A stretch of 39,310 nucleotides of DNA from a virus (IMGVR_UViG_3300022719_000208:1-39310), one strand, 5' to 3'. Counted from the stretch's first letter, positions 25,905 to 35,233 are shown. The notes: generated by a model not told the origin, from the letters alone. Numbers and translations are program-made.

Positions 25905-26563
25905 TGGGTTCGGCATCGATAGATACTTCTTCTTCTGGAATCGGTCTTGGTACTAACGAGAGTCTTAATACTTTGACCAACAAATTAATTGGGTTGATTG
26001 AAGAAGCCACTTTTTCTGACTTTGATGACGATGATATGGGAAGCGGGGCGGCGATTATCCGCCGTCAAGCTTCAGCTCCCAGTTCTGTTGAGTATGATTT
26101 TTGGGCCGATACGACACTAGATAGGTTGCGTGTATATAGTGGGCCAAGCGCTGGGAATCGTTGGGTGCCTGTGGACGGATCTGGAGAATCCATGGTAAAC
26201 AATACCGGGGCTTCTAGGTCTGCTGGCGATGTAGTTTCTTTTTCTGGAAGCGTTGGCGATAATGAATTTGATGCTGATCCATCAGATGGCTCTGGAAATC
26301 CAACAACGGGAGTATTGCAAGAATCTGCAATTGATAGTGCCCTTGGGTTGGTGCAAATGGGAGGGCATGTTACGACGGTTAAGGTAGATGGAACAGTTGG
26401 TGGAGGTATTTCGATTGGAGATTACTTGACGATAAGCACCTCTGCGGGTGCATATATGGTAGCGACTGGTGGCTCTACTCTTGCTGGTAGCTGTGGCGTG
26501 GCGCTTGAGGCATCAAGCTCCCAAAACACGATTGAGGCCATTATTTGGCCCTATAACGGATGA
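25904..26563 (+). CDS. Short fibre-like tail protein, paralog 2
   Basis: AP...FWADT...VYSG...W, then NNTG...AGDVV; TAATG overlap. Confidence 0.6.
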   Translation: MGSASIDTSSSGIGLGTNESLNTLTNKLIGLIEEATFSDFDDDDMGSGAAIIRRQASAPSSVEYDFWADTTLDRLRVYSGPSAGNRWVPVDGSGESMVNNTGASRSAGDVVSFSGSVGDNEFDADPSDGSGNPTTGVLQESAIDSALGLVQMGGHVTTVKVDGTVGGGISIGDYLTISTSAGAYMVATGGSTLAGSCGVALEASSSQNTIEAIIWPYNG

Positions 26564-26566
26564 TTT

Positions 26567-27199
26567 ATGGTTGGCAAGGCTAAAGCAGGAAACAGCCCTA
26601 AAGCGGGCCAGGTAAGGACAGCGGCCCTAGATCATGCCTTATGGGGCACAGAAACGAGCCCTGGGAGCGGTATTTACACGATATCGTGGATTAGTCCTCT
26701 AGATGAAACAAATCTGGCATCAGGCTCTGGCGTTGCTCATGTATCCAGCACGGCACCGGATAATACTGACTTGCTTTGGCTTGACACAAATATTGATATA
26801 TGGAGGTTTTACAACGGATCGGTTTGGTGGCCAATTGGTGGAACGATTCTGACGAATCGCTCTGGGGGTCAACTTGTCAAGGGAGATTTGGTTGTTTTGG
26901 ACACATCAAATTCTAAATCCGTTACGACGACAACGACACAAAATCAGCAAATACAATGCTTTATAGCGGAAGAGACAATAGCTGACCAATCTACGGGAAT
27001 ATTTCGGCTTTTGGGTTCAACAAAGGTTCAGATATCTGGTTCAGCCTCTATTGGAAATGGTCTCCATACATCTAGCAGTGCCAAGAAGGGCCAGGGTTTG
27101 AGCTCTAGTGGTCTTACTGGTCGTGTAGGGTTTTTTACTGGCAGTGGTACAGATAGTTTAGTTGATTGTTTCCTGTATGGTCAGCCGAGGGCGACATGA
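26567..27199 (+). CDS. Short fibre-like tail protein, paralog 3
   Basis: AP...LWLDT...FYNGSVW, then NRSG...KGDLV. Confidence 0.6.
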   Translation: MVGKAKAGNSPKAGQVRTAALDHALWGTETSPGSGIYTISWISPLDETNLASGSGVAHVSSTAPDNTDLLWLDTNIDIWRFYNGSVWWPIGGTILTNRSGGQLVKGDLVVLDTSNSKSVTTTTTQNQQIQCFIAEETIADQSTGIFRLLGSTKVQISGSASIGNGLHTSSSAKKGQGLSSSGLTGRVGFFTGSGTDSLVDCFLYGQPRAT

Positions 27200-27648
27200 A
27201 AACCATCAAAGAATTGATTGATCTCTACGACTGGCTCAAAAAGGCCAATATTAAAGATCCTTTATTGGAAAAAATGCCTTTTTCTGAGTTAATTCAGAAT
27301 GTTTTTTGGACGCAAACCCTGATTCAGAATGAAGTTATTTTTATTATGTCCTCAAAAAAACGAATCAAGGGTGTTTTTGTGGGCTGGCCGACCAAAGGCA
27401 GGATAGATAAGCACGGAACGGCCGTTCCAGATATCAAAGGGGATAGGTTTTATGTTAGATTTTCCTATATATCGCCAAAATACAGATCCTCTAACAACTT
27501 AGAGGATATTTGTGTTCAAATATACAAATGTTGGCCCCAAATCAAGGGTATGTTCCACGTGGAACGATCAAATGGGACCGCAAAGCCAAGTCAATTTGAC
27601 CAGGAGGTCAAGGAAAATAAGAAGACTTCTGTGAAAAGGAGTAAATAA
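27196..27648 (+). CDS. Putative GNAT-fold protein
   Basis: FYVRFSYISPKYR resembles GNAT motif A; sits between tail and ejection genes, as in many podoviruses; ATGA overlap. Confidence 0.45.
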   Translation: MKTIKELIDLYDWLKKANIKDPLLEKMPFSELIQNVFWTQTLIQNEVIFIMSSKKRIKGVFVGWPTKGRIDKHGTAVPDIKGDRFYVRFSYISPKYRSSNNLEDICVQIYKCWPQIKGMFHVERSNGTAKPSQFDQEVKENKKTSVKRSK

Positions 27649-27650
27649 AC

Positions 27651-28712
27651 ATGGGTTTATTTGATTCAGTAAACGATTTTTTTTCTGAGGCAAATGATTT
27701 TTTTCAAAGCCCTGGTGGGATTGCTACCTCTATACTCTCTCCATTTGGGCTTCCTGTTCCTGGTGGAGCCCCCGGGGTGGCCGCTCTTGGAGATTTTCTA
27801 ACAGAACCAAGCACGACAGGATTGAGCAATTCTTTAAAGGGCCTTACTCCATTGGGCCAACCCGGCCAGTCTGGTTCGGGAAATCCACAAGTTGACCAAC
27901 TCACGAGTGTGCTTTCCAATCTTTTGCCTGGTGGAAACCAATTACAGCAGTTTTTGGGCCTTGGAAGCGAGGAAGCTACGGCACTAAACAGACTTCAGGG
28001 AGCTAGCCTTCTTGGGGCGGCGTCCTTGCAAAACCAACTGGCCCTAAATGAGCAATTCATACCAAAAATTGCCCAGCAGCAACTTTTCTTACAACAACAG
28101 CTTGTTCCAGAGCAGCTAAAACAGATACAAGGTTTCCAGGGCCAAGCCCTTTCAGGTGCAATAAACAACATATTTAGTACACCTCTTACAAAGGAGCTTG
28201 TCTCTTCACAGGATCCAATAAGTTTTGAGCAAGCTCAAAATAAATTTGGAGTCAATGAACTTTTAGAGGGTGGCCTTCCAGATGACGTAAAATCTGAGAT
28301 ATTTGATACGTTTGCCCAACAGGCTGAAACCCTTGGGATTCCAACTCTTGGTTCTCCATCAGGGGCCCAGGATTTGTTGGAAGCTTCCAGTTTGCAGGGT
28401 TTACAACTAAGGGAGAGTTTGTTGGGATCGCGTCAAGGGCTGGCATCCGATGAGTTTAGGGGTCGTTTAACCGGCGCTCTAAACGTAAGGCAGGCACTTG
28501 GCCTTCCCACAACGTCTGGTCTTTTATCTGGCCAGCTTGGTGCGACAGGTCTGCCTGAAGCTAATGCTTTAGGGCTTGGAACCTTTTTCCAGGGCCAGGG
28601 AATTGATTTGATCCAATCACAGAAAGAAAGACGTGAAGCTAATCGAGCTGGGGCTTTTGCTCTTGGTGGTTCGATCCTTGACGTTGGAACTAGCTTTATC
28701 CCCTTCTTATAG
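27651..28712 (+). CDS. Putative internal virion/ejection protein 1
   Basis: MGLFD start; Gly/Gln/Leu-rich; hydrophobic Gly-rich C-terminus; AGGAG RBS; first of three genes of increasing size. Confidence 0.65.
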   Translation: MGLFDSVNDFFSEANDFFQSPGGIATSILSPFGLPVPGGAPGVAALGDFLTEPSTTGLSNSLKGLTPLGQPGQSGSGNPQVDQLTSVLSNLLPGGNQLQQFLGLGSEEATALNRLQGASLLGAASLQNQLALNEQFIPKIAQQQLFLQQQLVPEQLKQIQGFQGQALSGAINNIFSTPLTKELVSSQDPISFEQAQNKFGVNELLEGGLPDDVKSEIFDTFAQQAETLGIPTLGSPSGAQDLLEASSLQGLQLRESLLGSRQGLASDEFRGRLTGALNVRQALGLPTTSGLLSGQLGATGLPEANALGLGTFFQGQGIDLIQSQKERREANRAGAFALGGSILDVGTSFIPFL

Positions 28713-28720
28713 GAGTTTAA

Positions 28721-29836
28721 ATGGTTATCAATTTTAGGCAAGGAACAATACCCCAAGGAACTAGATTAACTCCCCCACCGCGAGATACCGGTCGAAGGGC
28801 AGCGTTTCGAGCTGAAGCTTTAAAACAAATTGCTGATGGAATCAGGCAAGCGGGGAAAAATATTCGATCTTCTTTGGAGAAACGGAAAGAATTAGACTTC
28901 AAGATTTCCCAGGAATCTAACCGTGTCAATAATATTTTATCGCAAATTAATACCCCTAAAAATGTTTTTGAAACTGGTCGAATAGCCGATATTGGTGGCC
29001 AAACACCACAAGGCATACCGCAGGTAAGAATAAGACCTGCCAGACCAGAAGAGAGACAGCAAGCATTTGAAATTTTCAAAAAAAATCAAATCCAAGCCGC
29101 AAGAATAAAAGGATTGGCAACCGCAGAAACAAAAAAAGTTGAAAGGGAAGAGGATGTAAGTGGTCTATCTGAACTGCTAAAAATTTTAGCGCAACCCGAG
29201 ACTGGTCCAGATGGGAGGGGTGAGGCAATTATTCCTGGCAGATTTTTAGAGCCGTTAATAAAAACCCTTTCTAGCGAAAATACTGGAGTTCGTCAGGCCG
29301 GGTTTAAATCGCTTTCCAATTTCTTTGACATTTCAGAAGAAAAACTAAAAAACCGCCTTGATCGCTTGGAGGCTGATGACGAGCAAGAGCGGTTTAGAGA
29401 AAAATTGCAATTTAGAAAAGATCTTGAATTAAAGGTTTTTAAGAAGCGAGAAAAGTTTAAAGACACACAAAAGCGTGAATTTGAAGAATTTAAAAACAAA
29501 ATGAAGCGTAAAAATAATCTGACTCCAGATTTTTCTGACGTTCTTTCTCTTGCTACAAGGTTTAAGACTTCTTCAGTTTCTGCATTTGGACTGGATCTTA
29601 TTGGTGATGAATCTCACATTTCATCAGCTTTAGGGTTTATCAATACGTTCCGATTGGCGCAAGGAAACGAAGAGCTAAAAATTGATGAAGAAATTTTGGA
29701 CAACGTCAATCTTCAACCAAGATCAAATTTGAATCAAATTCCTGGAGATAATGAAGATTCACGCGATACAAAGCCGAGCATCATAGACCAGGCCATTGAA
29801 TCGGCAGAAGAAGAGCTGTCCGATGAGGGTTTATAA
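28721..29836 (+). CDS. Putative internal virion/ejection protein 2
   Basis: Charged helical 371-aa protein; position; AGGAG RBS. Confidence 0.6.
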   Translation: MVINFRQGTIPQGTRLTPPPRDTGRRAAFRAEALKQIADGIRQAGKNIRSSLEKRKELDFKISQESNRVNNILSQINTPKNVFETGRIADIGGQTPQGIPQVRIRPARPEERQQAFEIFKKNQIQAARIKGLATAETKKVEREEDVSGLSELLKILAQPETGPDGRGEAIIPGRFLEPLIKTLSSENTGVRQAGFKSLSNFFDISEEKLKNRLDRLEADDEQERFREKLQFRKDLELKVFKKREKFKDTQKREFEEFKNKMKRKNNLTPDFSDVLSLATRFKTSSVSAFGLDLIGDESHISSALGFINTFRLAQGNEELKIDEEILDNVNLQPRSNLNQIPGDNEDSRDTKPSIIDQAIESAEEELSDEGL

Positions 29837-29838
29837 TA

Positions 29839-32800
29839 TTGGTTGTTGAGCAAAAAAATCCGCAAAAACAAGCGCCAAAAACTTTTGAGCGTGGATTTTT
29901 ATCTAATGTGATTAAGGATCTTCTTGTAAGGCTGGATGGCGATCCAGATCGTGTTCAAAAAGCCTTAATGCCACAATTTGGCGATATTGTTAAAAGGGAT
30001 CTTGAGGCTAGAGAGGTAACGCAGCGATATATTGAACCACCAGAAGATTTTAGAGGATTAATAGGCAGTCTTTTTCTTGATCCTCTTGAGGGCAAAACGC
30101 AAGAAGAAACCGTTCGTGCTTGGGTTATTAAAACCATGCAGGATAACGGATTTGAAAACATACCCAAAACAAAAACAAATACCAGATTTACAAAAGAGGA
30201 GCTATTAGTACGCCCATTAAATTCTTTGGTCCAACAATACCGCCTTGCCGACTTTACTGTAAAAGAATTTAATCGAATCAAACCATTTGCAGACAAATTT
30301 GTAGAAGTTGAGGATTTTTTATCAGAGAGTTTAAATGCTAACTACGAGTCTCTTAAAGAGATCATGTCCAGTCCGTCCAATCTGATTGAAACCAATCCTG
30401 AAATTCCCGGAATAGTAGCACAAACATTTGGGCTTCTTATTGATACTCCTAATTCTGCTCTGGCGAGCCAACTTTCACGAAAAAGGGGATATGTGGTTGA
30501 GGATTTACGATCCAGATTTGAGTTTAATAAAAATACAAGATTGGTGCTAAAGAATGTATTTGATCCCGCCAAGGGCAAAAGGGTGGGAAAAAATGTAAGG
30601 GAAAATGCGCAGGGTCAAGAGGTTCAACACCAGCCAGAATTTTTGGTTTCTCAAGATCCATTAACGGCTGCTATGGTTTTAGGTCGTATGCTTGAATCGA
30701 ATGGGGATCCGAGCCAAGTTGACTTGAGAGATATTCAGAATCGTATAGGAACATTTGCAGACGCGAAAATTCAAGACGAGTCCCTAACGCCCGATTTGAT
30801 TCCTCTGACAGGAAACAAGGCTGGCTTTTTAAGTGGAAATCCTACTATCCAAGAAAGGCTTACCGATCCACTGGCTGCAATAATGAGCGCTGGTCTTTCG
30901 CAAAACCTCCCAACATTACAAGAAGTTTCTAACAGGCGTCTTGATTCCGAGGTTCCTGGTGAAATCGCAGAATTTATCATACCTTTTGGTCCTTCTCTTT
31001 TTCGCGGCCTTATAAGAGCGCCTGGTCGTATTTTTCAAAAAGGTATTCGTCAGGAAGCTAAACGTGTAGCTTCTGGTGTTATCAATAAAAATTTGGGTTT
31101 GCTGACAAAGGCGGAAAGAAGGAACATTTCCAAGGGTCTTATTGCCGAGAAATCATTTTTAGTAGATGCTGGGATCGAAAAGGGGACCAAAGAAATCCTA
31201 AAGCGTCTTGATAGAATTTCTGGCGAAACAAGAATTCACCGTGGGTTTACGGCTGGTGGAAATGAAAAAAGGTTTATTTTTCAATCGAAGGAAACCGAAG
31301 AAGCGTTTCAACAAGGAAGTTTGGTTGTTCTTCCTGGCCAAGCTGGCCTTAGGTCTTTTAATGTTGAAAAAATCTCAGGATTAGAGGCGTTTAAGAAAGC
31401 CACTTCAAGGGGTTCATTGCCATTTTTGAAGCGTGGAACTTTTGGTGACATTCGAAAAGAAAAGCTTGAATTTGACAAAGTTGTTGGTATTTCAGCCTTT
31501 AATACGGACCTTGTAATTAAGAAATATCTTTCTGCTGGGGAAAAACAATTTGGGAAAATGTCACAATCCCATAAGGATGTTTTTTGGAAAAAGGTTCTCC
31601 TGGATGATCTTGAGCATGAGGTCAAAATTGGGAATCAACTTCCTTCGCCTTGGACGCCAGCGAAGGTTCGGCAGGAAATGCAAAGAATCAAGTCATCGGA
31701 TATATTTAAAGACGGAAGGGTCCAAGCGGCACTTAAATCCAGGAGTAAATTTTGGAGAGAATTTAGAGAAACCTATATTTCTGAAATGGAAGCTATAGGT
31801 CTTGATGTATCCCAGATAAGGAATAACCCTAATTATTTTCGCCACCAGGTTGTTGATTTGTCGCATATACAATCCGAATTGAGCCGCAATATTTCCAAAA
31901 AAGCAAGGAAACCAAGGGGGCAATCCTTCCTAAAGGAAAGAAAGGGATCGAATCTGCCGATTCAAACCGGTCCATTGCCTGAAGCTCAAGTTATCCGAGG
32001 CATGTTTAATGACATATCGACAGCGAAGTTTATTAAGGCTTTTGATAAACACAACAAAATAAAGGAGTCCGTAAGAAAGGCGAAAAAATTCCGCAAGGCA
32101 AACAAAGAGGCTATAAAGTCTGGCAAGGTAAGAAGTAAAACTTATGAAGATTTTATTCCTGAGGGCCATTCGATATACAACCTGGACGATCAAAGAGCTT
32201 TTTTTTCTACAAACACAATATCGGACAGGGTCCTAAAAGAATTAGGCGAACTAAACCTAACAAGTTTAGGTGTTAGCGCAGACGATATCAAAAAAATGAC
32301 AGCGCGCGGCCTTGTTATGGGGAAAAAGAAATTTCCCATGGTATTGCCAGATCCATTAGTTAAAACTCTAAACCAATTGGAAAAAGACGCTATTGCAAAT
32401 GCCGTTGATCCAAATTCCTTGAATTTCTTTTTGGAAAAAGCGACTTCGCTCTATAAGGAATGGATATTAACCAGTCCAATTCGAATATTGGAATATAACG
32501 CTAACAACGCGACATCAGATCTTTTCAAGACGGTACAATTCAATCCTAAGGCCCTTCGTCCTGATTTTATTATGAGATCTATCAGAGAAATGTTCCCCTT
32601 GGTATCTGGAAATTACCAAAATTTGACAAATGATGCAGTTGATTTTGCGCGAAAGGGTGGTTTTTTCTCAGCATCACGAATTCATGAGCTTGGTGGAATT
32701 AAAGACTTAAAAAGACTTCAGCGTATGTTTAAGCTCGGAAATTTGCCCAAAACAGATGGTGAATTTTTATCGTTTGTTAATGGTATACGGCAAAATACTC

Positions 32801-34257
32801 AACTTCTTACCGATTACCGAGAAATGATCCTTAGATATTCAAACTTTTTATCCATTAACGATGATCTGTTTCGTTCCGGTGGAAAGGTAACTAAATATTA
32901 TGCGAGCAATCCCAGAGAGGTAGACGCTCTAGCGACAATAGGTGACAAGGCATACAAAATGTCTCAGGACATGTTAGGCAGGTTTGATGATTTGGCACCA
33001 ATAACGGCGAAGTCAAAAAGAGGTTTAATTCCGTTTGCTTCCTGGAAACAAGTGAATGCCGAGAGTTACATTAATGGATTTGCAAACATGGTTGTTGGAG
33101 AAAAAGAATCGACAAAGGTTCTTAAAAAACTTGGCTTCCAGCTTCCAGTCACGCTTGTGGGCGCTGCTTCGAAAACTGCGGTACGTTTAGGTGCCTTTTC
33201 TCTTAAGGCATCAATCCCTTATGGGATATCCTATATGTGGAACAATACGGGATGGAGGGCTGAACTTGAAAGCGATCTTTCAAGGGAAGACAAAATCAGG
33301 CCCCACATTTGGGTGCCATATGCTGGTAGCGAAAACGACGCTCAGCAAAAAGTCAATATTCCACGGAGAGGCGGCCGAGCCGCAGGCGGCCGAGCCGCAG
33401 GCGGCCAAGCCGCAGGCGGCCAAGCCGCAGGCGGTAAAACCAAAGAAATCAAGGTTCCAAGAGGATATTATCAGCCGTGGGAGGAGGCGCTTTTTGATTT
33501 CAGCCGTTGGTTTGGGGGAGAGCGGATTCCTGGATTCTGGGAGGATCTAAAATATGGGAAAATCAATCTTGGTGAGTTTATGGCGGAGGTTGGTGGAAAA
33601 CAGCCTCTAAACCAGATCTACCAGGGTGTCAACCCATTTGTCAAATTTCCGATTGAGGGTATATTTCGTCAAAATACATTCCCTGATATATGGAGAACAC
33701 GTCCCATAAAGGACGATCAGCATAAGTTTTGGAGAATTTTGGCCCTGGGTGATGCCTATAGGGTGGCAACAGGAACGCCTACACGTCAGGACTTAGATAG
33801 TGTTATGGATGTGTTTTTTAAAAAGGTCGTTCCAAAGGAAAGGGCATTCTATCAATATAGAGATGAGGTTAGGGAGTTTCTTCGTCAAAATGGGCGGGAT
33901 GTTACAGTTATTACCGATTCTCCCCTATCCGATGTTCGTTGGCATATGTATCAAGCAGCCCGTGCTTCGGACGTTGAAAACGGACTAGATCACGCCGAGG
34001 AGCAGTACAGAAAATGGATTATCAATGGCGGCAATCCGGCCAAAATAATTTCAAACTTCAAAAATTTTCATCCAGATAATAATATCCCAAAAGACCTTCG
34101 TGCTAAATGGCTAAAAGAAATGACACCAGAAACAAAGCGGCTTAGGGGCATAGCAAACCAATGGTTTCAAATTGATTTTTTAAATAAGGCGAAGTTTTAC
34201 AAAAAACTCGGACAGAGATTGAAGGCAAAGGGAAACGTGATAAAAGGGAAAAAATAG
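29839..34257 (+). CDS. Large internal virion/ejection protein (gp16-like; C-terminus reminiscent of large polyvalent protein domains)
   Basis: 1472 aa, last of the ejection cluster; NPNYFRHQV, LIPFASW, VNPFVKFPIE motifs; TTG start with GAGGG RBS. Confidence 0.7.
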   Translation: MVVEQKNPQKQAPKTFERGFLSNVIKDLLVRLDGDPDRVQKALMPQFGDIVKRDLEAREVTQRYIEPPEDFRGLIGSLFLDPLEGKTQEETVRAWVIKTMQDNGFENIPKTKTNTRFTKEELLVRPLNSLVQQYRLADFTVKEFNRIKPFADKFVEVEDFLSESLNANYESLKEIMSSPSNLIETNPEIPGIVAQTFGLLIDTPNSALASQLSRKRGYVVEDLRSRFEFNKNTRLVLKNVFDPAKGKRVGKNVRENAQGQEVQHQPEFLVSQDPLTAAMVLGRMLESNGDPSQVDLRDIQNRIGTFADAKIQDESLTPDLIPLTGNKAGFLSGNPTIQERLTDPLAAIMSAGLSQNLPTLQEVSNRRLDSEVPGEIAEFIIPFGPSLFRGLIRAPGRIFQKGIRQEAKRVASGVINKNLGLLTKAERRNISKGLIAEKSFLVDAGIEKGTKEILKRLDRISGETRIHRGFTAGGNEKRFIFQSKETEEAFQQGSLVVLPGQAGLRSFNVEKISGLEAFKKATSRGSLPFLKRGTFGDIRKEKLEFDKVVGISAFNTDLVIKKYLSAGEKQFGKMSQSHKDVFWKKVLLDDLEHEVKIGNQLPSPWTPAKVRQEMQRIKSSDIFKDGRVQAALKSRSKFWREFRETYISEMEAIGLDVSQIRNNPNYFRHQVVDLSHIQSELSRNISKKARKPRGQSFLKERKGSNLPIQTGPLPEAQVIRGMFNDISTAKFIKAFDKHNKIKESVRKAKKFRKANKEAIKSGKVRSKTYEDFIPEGHSIYNLDDQRAFFSTNTISDRVLKELGELNLTSLGVSADDIKKMTARGLVMGKKKFPMVLPDPLVKTLNQLEKDAIANAVDPNSLNFFLEKATSLYKEWILTSPIRILEYNANNATSDLFKTVQFNPKALRPDFIMRSIREMFPLVSGNYQNLTNDAVDFARKGGFFSASRIHELGGIKDLKRLQRMFKLGNLPKTDGEFLSFVNGIRQNTQLLTDYREMILRYSNFLSINDDLFRSGGKVTKYYASNPREVDALATIGDKAYKMSQDMLGRFDDLAPITAKSKRGLIPFASWKQVNAESYINGFANMVVGEKESTKVLKKLGFQLPVTLVGAASKTAVRLGAFSLKASIPYGISYMWNNTGWRAELESDLSREDKIRPHIWVPYAGSENDAQQKVNIPRRGGRAAGGRAAGGQAAGGQAAGGKTKEIKVPRGYYQPWEEALFDFSRWFGGERIPGFWEDLKYGKINLGEFMAEVGGKQPLNQIYQGVNPFVKFPIEGIFRQNTFPDIWRTRPIKDDQHKFWRILALGDAYRVATGTPTRQDLDSVMDVFFKKVVPKERAFYQYRDEVREFLRQNGRDVTVITDSPLSDVRWHMYQAARASDVENGLDHAEEQYRKWIINGGNPAKIISNFKNFHPDNNIPKDLRAKWLKEMTPETKRLRGIANQWFQIDFLNKAKFYKKLGQRLKAKGNVIKGKK
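33369..33434. repeat. 15-bp tandem array aggcggcc(g/a)agccgc x4.4; hairpin GCCGC-AG-GCGGC
   Basis: Read directly; encodes GGRAA/GGQAA in frame. Confidence 0.95.
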
Positions 34258-34308
34258 TTTGGCAAAATCGTCGCCAAGAAGACGATTAATTTCTCAGGAG
34301 GATGTTCA

Positions 34309-34485
34309 ATGTTGTTCGATGTTTTAAAAGGTCTTTTCGGATCGAAAACTTTTTTGAGTACAGTTCTGGGTATTGTTTTCGAATGTATTAACGCGCAATA
34401 TGGTCTTGGAGCGCCATCTGGATCGGGGCTCCTGCCAGGTGCTGCCATGAGTTTAAGAACACTCGGCAAGGAGAAAAGCCAATGA
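34309..34485 (+). CDS. 58-aa holin-like protein (MLFDVLKGLFGSKTFLSTVLGIVFECINAQYGLGAPSGSGLLPGAAMSLRTLGKEKSQ), not in the ORF track
   Basis: Hand translation; AGGAGG RBS, SKTF motif before a hydrophobic segment, ATGA overlap with the next gene. Confidence 0.6.
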   Translation: MLFDVLKGLFGSKTFLSTVLGIVFECINAQYGLGAPSGSGLLPGAAMSLRTLGKEKSQ

Positions 34486-34739
34486 AGACTTCAAAATTTG
34501 GATTAACGTTTTTGTTTTTAGTGTTTGCGATGATTTTGCAGTCATGCTTGATGCAAAAAACCAGATCAAACCTAAAAGAAGAAACGCTGCCTCTAATTGA
34601 GGAAGCCGTTTCAGCCGCAATTCCTGGATTGATGTCTTCAATTGCTATCGATTTAATCGAGCTGCTTGAGTTCCCTTTCGATGCGATTGGTGATTTGTTG
34701 GGTCTAGAGGCCGAAAATCAACCAAATGGCGAAAGCTAG
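34482..34739 (+). CDS. Predicted lipoprotein (spanin-like)
   Basis: Signal peptide MKTSKFGLTFLFLVFAMI plus lipobox-like LQSC; AAGGAG RBS. Confidence 0.6.
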   Translation: MKTSKFGLTFLFLVFAMILQSCLMQKTRSNLKEETLPLIEEAVSAAIPGLMSSIAIDLIELLEFPFDAIGDLLGLEAENQPNGES

Positions 34740-35121
34740 AAAAGACAATCCAGGCAAAAAACTTATCCTATGGGGCCCCCGACCTGCGTCCAAAAAAAAC
34801 ATGATGCGTCGTGGTCGGGGCGGGGGTCTCTACAAAGACACCAAAATAAGGGCCAGTGAAGACGAATGGGGAGCAATCGTTCACAATGCAATCGTTGAAA
34901 TGGACTGGAAGCAGAGCAAATGTCCAATCCGAATAAATCTAGTTTATCACGCAAAAATGAAACAGTTTGAGATTGAGCTTGAAGAGCTACCATATAGGCA
35001 GAACCACAGGCGTTGGGATATCCAAAATTGTATAGCCCTTATTTGTGATGTCCTGGAGAAAGCTGCGTACAACAATGATGCACAAATTACCGACATAAGA
35101 ATTCGCGAAGAATTTGACTAG
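34726..35121 (+). CDS. rusA: RusA-like Holliday junction resolvase (divergent)
   Basis: PASKKN N-terminal motif and RRWDIQN...ICDVL...YNNDAQI correspond to the RusA DxDN..K...D.L...DD.Q pattern. Confidence 0.65.
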   Translation: MAKARKDNPGKKLILWGPRPASKKNMMRRGRGGGLYKDTKIRASEDEWGAIVHNAIVEMDWKQSKCPIRINLVYHAKMKQFEIELEELPYRQNHRRWDIQNCIALICDVLEKAAYNNDAQITDIRIREEFD

Positions 35122-35130
35122 GTTATATGA

Positions 35131-35224
35131 ACTAGTTTCGATTTAATCTGACACGTCTTAAAAAAGGGGTTACCCTGGTTGTTGTTAAAAACCGCAAAGG
35201 GTAACTGTCAGATAAAGTACTAGT
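35131..35224. other. Nested inverted-repeat structure between convergent operons (bidirectional terminator or structured RNA/DNA site)
   Basis: actagt/actagt, atctgaca/tgtcagat, gttaccct/agggtaac and ggtt/aacc form nested pairs. Confidence 0.7.
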
Positions 35225-35233
35225 CACTACAGG

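Noticed and set aside
29839-34257. Large virion protein as an N4-like virion RNA polymerase recognising the hairpins
   Set aside because: Much shorter than N4 vRNAP and I see no T7-like polymerase motifs; a structure search would be needed to exclude this fully.
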